Shown here piece after piece: positions 25,900-35,179 of a DNA stretch of 41,505 nucleotides. The DNA is from Nitrospirota bacterium (lineage in GTDB: Bacteria; Nitrospirota; Thermodesulfovibrionia; Thermodesulfovibrionales; UBA1546): positions 1-41,505 of the forward strand of contig JACQXD010000006.1 in NCBI GenBank assembly GCA_016208875.1. The letters are read 5' to 3'. How positions within the stretch are numbered: the first letter of the stretch is position 1; every line of letters begins with the position of its first letter. The notes beneath the pieces are model-generated. The model was not told the DNA's origin. It made no database searches and worked only from the letters and a program-made list of their open reading frames with translations. A program made the translations under genes and the position numbers.

Positions 25900-26985
25900 A
25901 TGAAGATAGCGATAATCGGACTTGCGAATTCAGGAAAGACAACGATATTTAATGCTCTGACGGGATTGAATCTCGAGACCACCGTATACCCGACCGTAAC
26001 GGCAGAGCCCCATATCGGTGCCGTAAAAGTCCCGGACAAAAGAGTAGACAAGCTTACAGAGATATTCAAACCGAAAAAGACAGCCTATGCAACGGTAGAA
26101 TATATTGACTATATAGGTATCACAAAGGGTGACATATCCCAGAACAGAAAGGTCTTTGATCTCATAAAGGACGTTGACGCCATTGTCCATGTCATCAGAG
26201 GTTTTGAAGACGAATCCATAATACATCCTATGGAGAGTATTAATCCCCTCCGGGATGCAGAAACGATAGAGCTTGAGCTGATATTCGGGGACCTCGAGCT
26301 TGTGGAGAAGAGACTCGAAAGAATGGAACAGGGGTTAAAGAGGGGTAAAAAACCGGATGAGGCTGAAAAGAGGCTGCTTGTTAAATGCAAAGAGGCATTG
26401 GAAAAGGAGACGCCTCTTAGAGATGTTGAATTTTCAGAGGAAGAACAAAAGGCAATGAAGCACCTACAGTTTATATCCACAAAGCCTGAGCTGGTGGTGC
26501 TGAATGTTGCCGAGAAGGAGATAAACTCTGAAAAAACCGGAACAATAACCGAAGACTTACAAAAGTTTTTGAAGGACAAACAGGTAATGGTGTTGTCCCT
26601 GTGCGGAAAGATCGAGATGGAGATAGCTCAGATGTCCGCCGCCGACGCAAAGGTTTTTCTCGACGACCTCGGCATAACAGAACCTGCCCTGAGCAAATTG
26701 ATCCATGTCTCATACGACCTTCTCGGGTTGGTTTCCTTCCTCACGGTAGGTGAGGATGAGGTAAGGGCGTGGACGATTACCAGAGGGACAAACGCCCTCA
26801 GGGCAGCAGGCAAGATACACTCAGATATCGAAAGAGGATTTATCAGGGCAGAGGTCATATCATTCGATGATTTTGTATCGTGCGGAAGCATGTCCGCTGC
26901 GCGGGATAAAGGACTTCTGAGGCTTGAGGGGAAGACCTATGAGGTCAGGGACGGGGATATAACAAATTTCAGATTTAATGTGTAG
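25900..26985 (+). CDS. ychF: Redox-regulated ribosome-binding ATPase YchF
   Basis: MKIAIIGLANSGKTTIFNALTG, a TGS-like C-terminus (GFIRAEVISFDDF..., EGKTYEVRDGDI), 361 aa. Confidence 0.9.
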   Translation: MKIAIIGLANSGKTTIFNALTGLNLETTVYPTVTAEPHIGAVKVPDKRVDKLTEIFKPKKTAYATVEYIDYIGITKGDISQNRKVFDLIKDVDAIVHVIRGFEDESIIHPMESINPLRDAETIELELIFGDLELVEKRLERMEQGLKRGKKPDEAEKRLLVKCKEALEKETPLRDVEFSEEEQKAMKHLQFISTKPELVVLNVAEKEINSEKTGTITEDLQKFLKDKQVMVLSLCGKIEMEIAQMSAADAKVFLDDLGITEPALSKLIHVSYDLLGLVSFLTVGEDEVRAWTITRGTNALRAAGKIHSDIERGFIRAEVISFDDFVSCGSMSAARDKGLLRLEGKTYEVRDGDITNFRFNV

Positions 26986-26993
26986 AAAACTTG

Positions 26994-27335
26994 TCAGCCC
27001 CTTAGCGTTTCCATCAGCTTTTTTCTCTGTTTCTGGATTGACTTCTCTGCATGCTCGAACTTGTTTATAATCTCTTCCTTTGCATCCTCCGACAGCTCAA
27101 TGCCGCGTTTGATTATATCCGACGTCTTTTCCTTCATATCATCCACAAAGTCGTTTACATTTTCGATGGCATCATCAACCAGATCAACGGCCCCCTCTTT
27201 CATTCGCCGTGCAGCCTTTGAGATATCCTTTCTTGTCTCTCTTCCCGATTTCGGTGCATAGAGAACGGCAATGGCTGCACCGATTGCCCCGCCTACTAAA
27301 AATGCCCCTGCTATCTTTGCATAATTGTTCTTCAT
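26994..27335 (-). CDS. YtxH-domain general-stress-type membrane-anchored protein
   Basis: MKNNYAKIAGAFLVGGAIGAAIAVLYAPKSGRETRKDI is the YtxH signature. The ATG at 27335 is preceded by GGAGGAG, whereas the longer ORF-track start (27398) lacks an RBS. Confidence 0.75.
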   Translation of the reverse strand: MKNNYAKIAGAFLVGGAIGAAIAVLYAPKSGRETRKDISKAARRMKEGAVDLVDDAIENVNDFVDDMKEKTSDIIKRGIELSEDAKEEIINKFEHAEKSIQKQRKKLMETLRG

Positions 27336-27496
27336 GATCTCCTCCTGTCCATGATCTCTTCTTACCTCCAGCTTAGTATGAAGTGCGGCCGATGTCAAAT
27401 TTTTTTGTAATTGCGGATATACTTGAATGGTTTAGAGATGAATCAGATATTATTTCGATAATAAAGCAGAAATAGACAAAGAACTCGAACAGATAG

Positions 27497-27622
27497 ATGA
27501 TAAGGCTCTATCTTGATGAGGATGTTCATAAAAAAATGGCTTCTGCATTGAGATTAAAAGGATACGATGTAGTTAGCACCCACGAAGTGCAAAACCAAAT
27601 TCGGAGAACGATTGACTGTTGA
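27497..27622 (+). pseudogene. Truncated DUF5615-type (PIN-like) toxin remnant
   Basis: A 41-codon ORF, MIRLYLDEDVHKKMASALRLKGYDVVSTHEV..., equals the first third of DUF5615 proteins (M.LLLDENV...L...L...G.DV....E) and then terminates. It is preceded by a DUF433-like tail fragment (ADILEW...). Confidence 0.4.
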
Positions 27623-27649
27623 TTACCGGTTCTGGCATTCTAAAATATA

Positions 27650-28711
27650 GTGGGAAGAAATATTATAGCTATACTTATCTGCCTTTTAGTTCTCTATATC
27701 GTTTATGTAACAGTAGAATTCATCGTTCCGCTTCCAACCGGTACAGAGACCCCCGAGATATTTATACCGCTGGGAGCTACCTTTAAAGAGGCTGTTGAGA
27801 TCCTTGCAAAGGAGAGGCTGATACGGGATAAAAATATTTTTTTGCTTATCGGCAGATTGACGGGTCTGCATAAAAAGATAAGGGCAGGCTATTATTCCAT
27901 CTCGGGCACAATGAGCCCTCTCGATGTTTTACTGCTCTTGAAAAACGGCCAGATTATAGAGTATGAGATAACGATAGTCGAAGGAGATTCGCTGCTTGAG
28001 ATAGGAGAAAAACTTTCAGGTAAAAATATCGTAGACGAAAAAACATTTATGGAACTTGCCGGAGACGAGGACTTATTAAGGTCACATAATATTGCTGCAC
28101 CGTCAATCGAGGGCTATATTTTCCCGGATACATATAAGCTGCCTAAAGGGATAGAACCTGAAAATGCCCTGGATATGATGATAAACAGCATGCGCGAAAA
28201 GTTTTCTGAAAAATTGCAGAGAAGGGCGGCAGACATCGGGTTCACAGAGAGAGAGGTTCTGACGCTCGCTTCCATAATAGAGAAAGAGGCCATAATTAAT
28301 GCTGAACGGCCGGTGATATCTGCTGTTTATCATAACCGTCTCAGGAAGAAGATGCAGCTTCAGGCCGACCCCACGGCAATTTACGGTATAAAGAGTTCGA
28401 GAGAAAAGATAACCGCCAGCGATTTAAAACGTAAAACTCCTTATAATACATATTTCATCAAAGGTCTGCCTCCCGGACCTATCGCCTCTCCCGGTATCAA
28501 GTCGATCGTTGCAGCACTCTACCCTGCGGATGTGCCTTATATCTATTTTGTATCGAATAATGACGGGACGCATCAATTTTCCGTTACGGCAGAGGAACAC
28601 CTTAAGGCAGTAGAATTATATAGAGAAAAAAAACAGATCGAGAAAGAGATGATCGAGAAAGAGAATATGGAAAGGTCTCAAGAAGCGGCGGGCAATAATG
28701 AAGGCTCGTAG
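27650..28711 (+). CDS. mltG: Endolytic murein transglycosylase MltG (YceG family)
   Basis: It has an N-terminal TM anchor, EGYIFPDTY, ILTLASIIEKEA, VYHNRL, LQADPT and YNTY..GLPPGPIASPG motifs. Confidence 0.85.
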   Translation: MGRNIIAILICLLVLYIVYVTVEFIVPLPTGTETPEIFIPLGATFKEAVEILAKERLIRDKNIFLLIGRLTGLHKKIRAGYYSISGTMSPLDVLLLLKNGQIIEYEITIVEGDSLLEIGEKLSGKNIVDEKTFMELAGDEDLLRSHNIAAPSIEGYIFPDTYKLPKGIEPENALDMMINSMREKFSEKLQRRAADIGFTEREVLTLASIIEKEAIINAERPVISAVYHNRLRKKMQLQADPTAIYGIKSSREKITASDLKRKTPYNTYFIKGLPPGPIASPGIKSIVAALYPADVPYIYFVSNNDGTHQFSVTAEEHLKAVELYREKKQIEKEMIEKENMERSQEAAGNNEGS

Positions 28712-29753
28712 AAAGACAAAAACAATTTATGTAGGTAATGTGCCTATCGGTGGCGGAAATCCAATCAGTGTCCAATCAATGACAAAGACGGATACGAGGG
28801 ATGTAAGAACGACCGTGAAACAGATAAGGGGACTGGAAAGGGCAGGATGCGAGATTATAAGGCTTGCCGTGCCGGATATGGATGCCGCGAAGTCTCTCGG
28901 GAAGATCATGGCGGCTATAACCATCCCCATGATAGCGGATATCCATTTTGACTGGAGGCTTGCTCTCGAGGCAATAAGACAGGGGATTGAAGGATTGAGG
29001 ATCAACCCCGGTAATATAGGTGCAAAGTGGAAGGTCAAAGATGTTGTCCTTGCAGCAAAGGATAAAAAAATACCTATCAGGATAGGTGTGAATGCAGGCT
29101 CGCTCGAGAAAGAACTCCTGCATAAATACGGTCATCCTAAACCCGAGGCATTGGTCGAGAGTGCAGAGAGGCATATTGAGATACTTGAGGATATGGATTT
29201 TCGAGACATAAAAGTCTCATTGAAGGCATCGAATGTCGCCACAACGGTAGAGGCGTATAAGCTGTTCTCCAGAAAGTTTGATTACCCTCTTCATGTCGGC
29301 ATATCGGAGGCAGGACCGCCGTCCACAGGCAGAATAAAGAGTTCGGTTGGAATCGGGATATTGCTCTCAGAGGGAATAGGGGACACCATGAGGGTTTCCC
29401 TTACGGCAAATCCCATTGAAGAGATAAGAACGGCTTACGGAATACTGGGTGCGGTAGGCTTAAGAAAGAGAGGTGCAGAGATAATCTCCTGCCCGACATG
29501 TGGAAGGTGCAATATAGACTTGAAAGGACTTGCTGCAAAGGTTGAATCAAAGATAAAGTCGCTCGATAAACCGATAACGGTTGCTGTAATGGGATGCGTT
29601 GTCAATGGCCCCGGCGAGGCGAGGGAAGCTGATTTTGGGATCGCAGGCGGAAAAGGAAGAGGGATTCTTTTTAAGAAAGGTAAGATCATAAAACAGTGCA
29701 GTGAAAAAGACTTATTAAGGGAATTGATGACAGAGATCAGGGGGGGGGTATAA
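28698..29753 (+). CDS. ispG: 4-hydroxy-3-methylbut-2-en-1-yl diphosphate synthase (flavodoxin) IspG/GcpE
   Basis: RRKTKTIYVGNVPIGGGNPISVQSMT, RINPGNIG and the C-terminal Fe-S Cys residues (SCPTCGRC ... GCVVNGPGE). Confidence 0.95.
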   Translation: MKARRKTKTIYVGNVPIGGGNPISVQSMTKTDTRDVRTTVKQIRGLERAGCEIIRLAVPDMDAAKSLGKIMAAITIPMIADIHFDWRLALEAIRQGIEGLRINPGNIGAKWKVKDVVLAAKDKKIPIRIGVNAGSLEKELLHKYGHPKPEALVESAERHIEILEDMDFRDIKVSLKASNVATTVEAYKLFSRKFDYPLHVGISEAGPPSTGRIKSSVGIGILLSEGIGDTMRVSLTANPIEEIRTAYGILGAVGLRKRGAEIISCPTCGRCNIDLKGLAAKVESKIKSLDKPITVAVMGCVVNGPGEAREADFGIAGGKGRGILFKKGKIIKQCSEKDLLRELMTEIRGGV

Positions 29754-30468
29754 GTCTTTTGATGATTGCATTATAATAATTCTCTGAAATTTCGATCGTT
29801 ATATAACTCCTCTTTAATCTTTTTGCAACTGCAGCAGTAGTTCCCGTCCCACCAAATGGGTCTAAGGCAACATCTCCAACATCCGAACTGACTTTAATTA
29901 TTCTTTCAAGTAAGGATTCCGGCATTTGACAGGGATGTTCTCCGATGCGTTCTTTAAAAGTTCCACAGACCCTTGGAAACTCCCAAACATCATCAGGTAC
30001 TTTTCCCTTCGGATTGGCTCTTTTGTCTTTGTATACCAACTGGCGGGCAGAGGGTATTCTTATAGCCTCGGAATTGAACTTAAATTTTTCCTTATCTTTT
30101 GTGAAATAAAGGATATGTGTATGAGACCTGTTAAACTTCTTTCTCTGGTTTTGCCCGAATGTATAATACCAGAGAATCCAATTCCTGAAATAAAAACCTG
30201 TGCGTTTCAGAATAATGTTTATCTCTGCTGCAAACTCATCCCCTATGGCTATATATAGAGAACCATTCTCTTTTAGAAGCCTATAAGTTTCTGTAATCCA
30301 TCTCTCGGACCATCGGGAATATTCGTCATAAGAAAGATTATCGTTGTATTTGTCGTACTTAATGCCAATATTGAAGGGAGGGTCTGCGAAAACCAGATCT
30401 ACCGAATTTGGAGGAAACTCCTTCATTATTTTGATACAATCACCGAGATAAGCTTTATCGATTTCCAT
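29737..30468 (-). CDS. Orphan beta-class (N6-adenine or N4-cytosine) DNA methyltransferase
   Basis: DLVFADPPFNIG (motif IV) at the N-terminus, then HPCQMPESLLERIIK and ALDPFGGTGTTAAVA (motif I) at the C-terminus. No adjacent endonuclease gene is present. Confidence 0.85.
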   Translation of the reverse strand: MEIDKAYLGDCIKIMKEFPPNSVDLVFADPPFNIGIKYDKYNDNLSYDEYSRWSERWITETYRLLKENGSLYIAIGDEFAAEINIILKRTGFYFRNWILWYYTFGQNQRKKFNRSHTHILYFTKDKEKFKFNSEAIRIPSARQLVYKDKRANPKGKVPDDVWEFPRVCGTFKERIGEHPCQMPESLLERIIKVSSDVGDVALDPFGGTGTTAAVAKRLKRSYITIEISENYYNAIIKRLIPPP

Positions 30469-30505
30469 AATTATTCAAATTAATCCATATAATGCAATTT
30501 TCGGG

Positions 30506-30659
30506 GTAACCATTCAGTCACGAGTGGACAAGCAAATTCCCCTCTTTGGAAAAGAGGGGTTAGGGGAGATTTTATTGAATGGTTTCTGCATTATATAAAA
30601 ATCCCCCTACATCCCCCTTTGCCAAAGGGGGAATAATCCACCTTTCACTGAAGGGTTAC
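30506..30659. repeat. Nested palindromic mosaic; inner part is a second copy of 189-288
   Basis: Outer arms are GTAACCATTCAGT (30506-30518) and ACTGAAGGGTTAC (30647-30659). The inner sequence, cccctctttgg.aaagaggggttaggggagatt...aaaaatccccc..catccccctttgccaaagggggaat, is shared with 191-282. Confidence 0.85.
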
Positions 30660-30679
30660 TTTTCGGGTTAAATAAATCT

Positions 30680-32821
30680 TTACTTGCCTACCTTTGTTTT
30701 CCCGACAACTGGTTCCGACATTAATCCATTGGTACCGAATATATTAAACGCAGCTACTTTATAGTAGAAGGTTAATCCCTCTGCCATGTCCTCGTTATCC
30801 TCATAAAGGGTATTATCCCTTCCGTCAACCTCACCTATTTTTTGATAATTGCCGTCGCTTTTTGGACTTCTGAATATTCGATACCCCTCAACCTCCGGCT
30901 CTCTGTTGGGGGTCCACCGCAGCGTTATCTTTTTAGCAGAATTGCCTTCTGTCACAACCCCTGCCGGTACAGATACCTGCTTCCTGATCCTGTCATTCTT
31001 TGTTATCGGGATATCGGTATCGCTTATGGCTGCATAGGCCGTTCTCGGCATCAATTCTTTAACTTTAATCGTTCCGACAAATATTTCTTCTATCTGTAAG
31101 AGTTCACCCGTCTTTGGATCCTTCAAATTTTTTCCCGTTCTGAAAACAACATATTTATCACCTTTTTTAACTCCATCTATCGTACCGAGAGAGATTGTCG
31201 CTTTTTCCTTTTCGCTGTTAATATCGAGTATGAATCCTTCCGTATATGGTTCAAGGCTTATTACCTTAAGCTTATAAGGGGCCCCTTTACTACGTGATTC
31301 GGCACAATTATTTTGCAGATCACAGGCCGATACGTAATATTCGAGTGTTGCTCCCTTTTTGAGATAGATATCGGGTATTACTGTATCATAGGTGCCTTTT
31401 GATGAACCCGACATCTTTATACTCTGATAGTTTATCTCGCCTTCTATCCTGAGCATCAGTGCGGCTTCACCCACTGCCTGGTTATCTATGATCATGGCCT
31501 TTATAAAATTCTTATTTTCCTTTACTGCCTTTACAAGTGGTTCAACCCTTATCTCCGGCTCTTGAGTATCTATCTCCAACAGTATCTCATTTATTTCCGA
31601 CATACTGTCTTTAGCAATAGTTACCGATATGTTTTTCTCCACATAGCCTTCCCTCTTAAGTTTTACAATGTATTGTTTTGCAGGGATCGAATCAATCTTG
31701 AGGGGGGTTGTACCGTAATTTTTGTCATCGATTATTACATCTACTGCTGAAGGGTCGGTCTTTACGGAAAGACTTCCTATATATGGGGTAAGTCGATAGG
31801 TCTTCTCGGTGAGAAGGGTTCTGACATCAATAGTTTCTTCCTGTTCTTCATAGCCCTCTTTTACTACCCTTATCCTATGAAGCCCGGTCGATACATTTTC
31901 TATAATAAATGGTGTTTCGCCCTTGGCAGCCTCATCCCAGAATACCTCTGCCTTTTCGGGCACGGAAGATACCTTGACATCGAAGGTTATCCGCGACAAT
32001 CTCAGATTCATATCCGTGATTTCATCGGCTTTTACGGTAATCTTCTGCGTCGATTCGATATAACCGGTTTTTAAGATGCTGATCGTGTGATCACCGACAA
32101 AAACGTCTTTTATCAGGATAGGGGTTGCACCAATCGCCTTGCCGTCAAGATATACTGTTGCACCTGCGGGATCGGATATTACCGATAAGGTACCACCGGT
32201 CTGAAAATCAGCCGTAATGCTGACATCTCTGCCCGGCTCGGAGGTTATGGTCTTAACGACTTCCTGGCCTCCAGCTGTTACCTTAACAGTATGCATACCG
32301 GGCAAAAGGTCATTGACGATAACGGGCACCATTCCCTTCTCGATACCATCTATAACCACTTTTGCAATAGGGATATTTGCTTTTACGGTAATACCCGAAA
32401 GATTTTGCGAAATGATCTCTTTATAAAGCGAAATAACCTTTGGAGGATACAGTTCGGGGTTGAGAGTTTTATGCGGTGCTGCCATAAAAGCATTTTTGAA
32501 ATATTCCCTTGCCGGGTTTTCTTTGCCCTTGCCGAGATAGGACATCCCTATATACAGGTTGGCTGTAAAGAGACCTTCATTCCTTATATTATCATCAGGC
32601 CTTTTATTCAATTCATTTATTACTTGCTTGAATTCTCCTATCGCCTTATCAAAAGCCCCTTTTTCGTAAAGCGATATAGCCTTTTCGATATCGACCGAAT
32701 AGTCTTCGGCACCTACATAAGAATGCAAAAATAAAAAAGTAAAATTCAAAATTAATGTAAAAATTAAAATTCCTAAATTTGGAATTTGGAATTTGGAATT
32801 TGGAATTTTCATTACCCTCAT
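30680..32821 (-). CDS. Exported TPR-like / multi-PEGA-domain / FN3 protein
   Basis: 713 aa with a signal peptide and at least 5 PEGA-type repeats (e.g. SDPAGATVYLDGKAIGATPILIKDVFVGDHTISILKTGY). The C-terminal fibronectin-III-like module is ITLRWTPNREPEVEGYRIFRS...YYKVAAFN. The start ATG overlaps the kinase stop (ATGA). Confidence 0.8.
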   Translation of the reverse strand: MRVMKIPNSKFQIPNLGILIFTLILNFTFLFLHSYVGAEDYSVDIEKAISLYEKGAFDKAIGEFKQVINELNKRPDDNIRNEGLFTANLYIGMSYLGKGKENPAREYFKNAFMAAPHKTLNPELYPPKVISLYKEIISQNLSGITVKANIPIAKVVIDGIEKGMVPVIVNDLLPGMHTVKVTAGGQEVVKTITSEPGRDVSITADFQTGGTLSVISDPAGATVYLDGKAIGATPILIKDVFVGDHTISILKTGYIESTQKITVKADEITDMNLRLSRITFDVKVSSVPEKAEVFWDEAAKGETPFIIENVSTGLHRIRVVKEGYEEQEETIDVRTLLTEKTYRLTPYIGSLSVKTDPSAVDVIIDDKNYGTTPLKIDSIPAKQYIVKLKREGYVEKNISVTIAKDSMSEINEILLEIDTQEPEIRVEPLVKAVKENKNFIKAMIIDNQAVGEAALMLRIEGEINYQSIKMSGSSKGTYDTVIPDIYLKKGATLEYYVSACDLQNNCAESRSKGAPYKLKVISLEPYTEGFILDINSEKEKATISLGTIDGVKKGDKYVVFRTGKNLKDPKTGELLQIEEIFVGTIKVKELMPRTAYAAISDTDIPITKNDRIRKQVSVPAGVVTEGNSAKKITLRWTPNREPEVEGYRIFRSPKSDGNYQKIGEVDGRDNTLYEDNEDMAEGLTFYYKVAAFNIFGTNGLMSEPVVGKTKVGK

Positions 32822-34425
32822 TCCTTATGAAGACTAAAACTTACCTGCTCCGCAGCACCTTCGTTTATCTCTACGGTTCTTGTGGTTTCGGTATAACCTT
32901 CCTTAGTAATCCTTATCTTATGCCTTCCCGCAGGTACTTTCTCGATTGTCAGGGGTGTCTGGCCTATTAAATCTCCATCCATATAGACATTTCCCCACGG
33001 CGATGCATTTATAACAAGTGTCCCGAACCCTTCCCCAAACTTATGCGATTCCTTTGTTACCTTTCCTTTTGGAATATTAATGTTTACTTCATCAGCGGTC
33101 TTTTGCACTTTGCCCTGCTCTTTGTCTGTCTGAGGTTTTGGTACGTTCTGTTCATTATTAACAACAGCAGCCGGATTCTCTCCGGATACCGGAGGTTCGG
33201 TAGCAGCCGACGGCTGAGCACCAGACGGTGTAGGATGTTCAAGGACAGGTGCGGGGGATGGTAGGGGCCAGAACATAAAGGCCGCAATTATTAAAACAAT
33301 AACAGAGGCAATGGCTGTTGCTATTACGAACGGAGATAAATTCCGCCTCGGTTCCGAAGCCTTATTCTTAGACACCGTCTTCGGCTCTTCGGGCTTCGGC
33401 TTTGCAGGTTTCGGCGCTTCAGGCCTCGGCTTTTCTATTTCTATAGATTCCTGTTCTGGAGTTATACTTATAGCCTCCTTTTCCATCTCGGATTTATGTT
33501 CCGCCTCGATCTCGGTCTTGAATAGATGCTGCATAAACTGCTTTAGATATATAGCAGGGTCGACTCGCAGGAGCTTAAATACAATCTTACCGAGGTCCGC
33601 CTCCATTTCCGATGCATTCTGATAGCGGTTTCCAACCTCCTTTGCCAGTGCCTTAAACAGCCTTGCCTCGAGTTCGGCAGGCACTTCGGTATTTATTGCA
33701 GAGGGTATCGGTTCGACCTTTGCTGCCCTGACCCTTTCGAGCGTATTTAATTCGGAGTCTCCCCTAAAGAGTCTCTCACCCGTAAGCATCTCATAAAGTA
33801 CAATCCCCAGTGCGAAGATGTCGGAGCGGTGATCTATCGATCTTCCCCATGCCTGCTCGGGAGACATATAGGAGAGTTTTCCCTTAAGCACCCCTGTTGT
33901 TGTCTTTGACTGTGCCTCAGCCTTTGCTATCCCGAAATCAACAACCTTTACATCACCATCGTAAGAGATAAGGATATTCTGGGGACTCACATCCCTGTGG
34001 ATGATATTAAGATTTTTCCCGGCATTATCTTTTTGCCTGTGGGCATAACTCAGACCGGATGCAACGTCCTTTGCTATGAATACTGCAATCGCTATAGGGA
34101 ATTTAACCTTTCTTTCCTTACATTTTTTCAGGATTGCCCTCAGATCTTTACCCCTTATATATTCCATAGCGATAAAATAGCTCTGGCCTATCTTCCCGAA
34201 GTCATAGACCTGAGCAATACTCTTATGACCGAGACGTGCAACGAGTTTCGCCTCGGCAATAAACATCTCGATGAATTCCTCATCCGACGAGAGGTGTGGT
34301 AAGATTCTCTTTATGGCAAGCACCCGCTCAAAACCCTCTATGCCGAGCTTTTTGGCCTTAAAAAGTTCTGCCATACCGCCGGTGGCTACTTTTTCCAGCA
34401 ATATATATTGACCGAATCTCTCCAC
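32818..34425 (-). CDS. Hanks-type Ser/Thr protein kinase with TM segment and extracytoplasmic PEGA domain
   Basis: GGMAELFKAK...AIKRI (VAIK-type Lys), HRDVSPQNIL, DFGIAK and SYMSPEQ. There is a Pro/Lys-rich linker and a TM helix, and the C-terminal PEGA domain reads NASPWGNVYMDGDLIGQTPLTIEKVPAGRHKIRITKEGY. Confidence 0.9.
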   Translation of the reverse strand: MERFGQYILLEKVATGGMAELFKAKKLGIEGFERVLAIKRILPHLSSDEEFIEMFIAEAKLVARLGHKSIAQVYDFGKIGQSYFIAMEYIRGKDLRAILKKCKERKVKFPIAIAVFIAKDVASGLSYAHRQKDNAGKNLNIIHRDVSPQNILISYDGDVKVVDFGIAKAEAQSKTTTGVLKGKLSYMSPEQAWGRSIDHRSDIFALGIVLYEMLTGERLFRGDSELNTLERVRAAKVEPIPSAINTEVPAELEARLFKALAKEVGNRYQNASEMEADLGKIVFKLLRVDPAIYLKQFMQHLFKTEIEAEHKSEMEKEAISITPEQESIEIEKPRPEAPKPAKPKPEEPKTVSKNKASEPRRNLSPFVIATAIASVIVLIIAAFMFWPLPSPAPVLEHPTPSGAQPSAATEPPVSGENPAAVVNNEQNVPKPQTDKEQGKVQKTADEVNINIPKGKVTKESHKFGEGFGTLVINASPWGNVYMDGDLIGQTPLTIEKVPAGRHKIRITKEGYTETTRTVEINEGAAEQVSFSLHKE

Positions 34426-34426
34426 C

Positions 34427-35179
34427 TTACACGTACCTTACCAGTATTGCAGTGATATTATCATCCCCTCCCTTTTCATTAGCCTTTTCGATAAGTCTTT
34501 CACACCTTGTTTCGAGAAGGTCTCCCCCGGCGTCTTTTTCTATTATGCCCAGTATTTCGGAGTCTTCGAGCATGCCTGTAAGACCGTCGCTGCATAGCAA
34601 AAACATATCGCCGCTTATTATATCCTCGACCCTGCAGTCGCATTTTATATCGGCAGTCGTACCTATTGCCCTTGTTATTACATGCCTTAATGAGTAACTT
34701 CTGGCCTGTTCCCTGGTGATCGAGCCCCGTCTGATCTCCTCCGCTACAAGTGAATGGTCTTCGGTAAGCTGTGTAATTGCACTGTTCCTGATCCTGTAAA
34801 GTCTGCTGTCACCGACATGACAGATATATGCCTTATCATGCCTTATAAGAAGCACGACCATTGTTGTCCCCATGCCCTTTGCTTCATCGAATATTCGCCT
34901 GTTCGCAAGTCTTATTCCCGAAGATATGATATTAAGCTCCGTGGAAAGCGACCGGTCAACACCGAAAGGCCATTCAATCTCGCTGCCGGAGACTGCCTTT
35001 TTTACGAAGTCTCCCACTGTTTCTATTGCCATACTGCTTGCCTGATCTCCGCTTGAATGTCCGCCCATACCGTCTGCTACGGCAAATAGTCCATAATCCG
35101 GTTCTACCACATAATTATCTTCATTCCTCTTTCTTTTTATTCCTACGTCTGTCTTCCCGCATACATTTACACCTCTCAT
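34427..35179 (-). CDS. PP2C-family Ser/Thr phosphatase (Stp1-like)
   Basis: RKRNEDNY, VADGMGGH, LLCSDGL and GGDDNITAILV motifs. The start overlaps the cyclase stop (ATGA). Confidence 0.9.
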   Translation of the reverse strand: MRGVNVCGKTDVGIKRKRNEDNYVVEPDYGLFAVADGMGGHSSGDQASSMAIETVGDFVKKAVSGSEIEWPFGVDRSLSTELNIISSGIRLANRRIFDEAKGMGTTMVVLLIRHDKAYICHVGDSRLYRIRNSAITQLTEDHSLVAEEIRRGSITREQARSYSLRHVITRAIGTTADIKCDCRVEDIISGDMFLLCSDGLTGMLEDSEILGIIEKDAGGDLLETRCERLIEKANEKGGDDNITAILVRYV

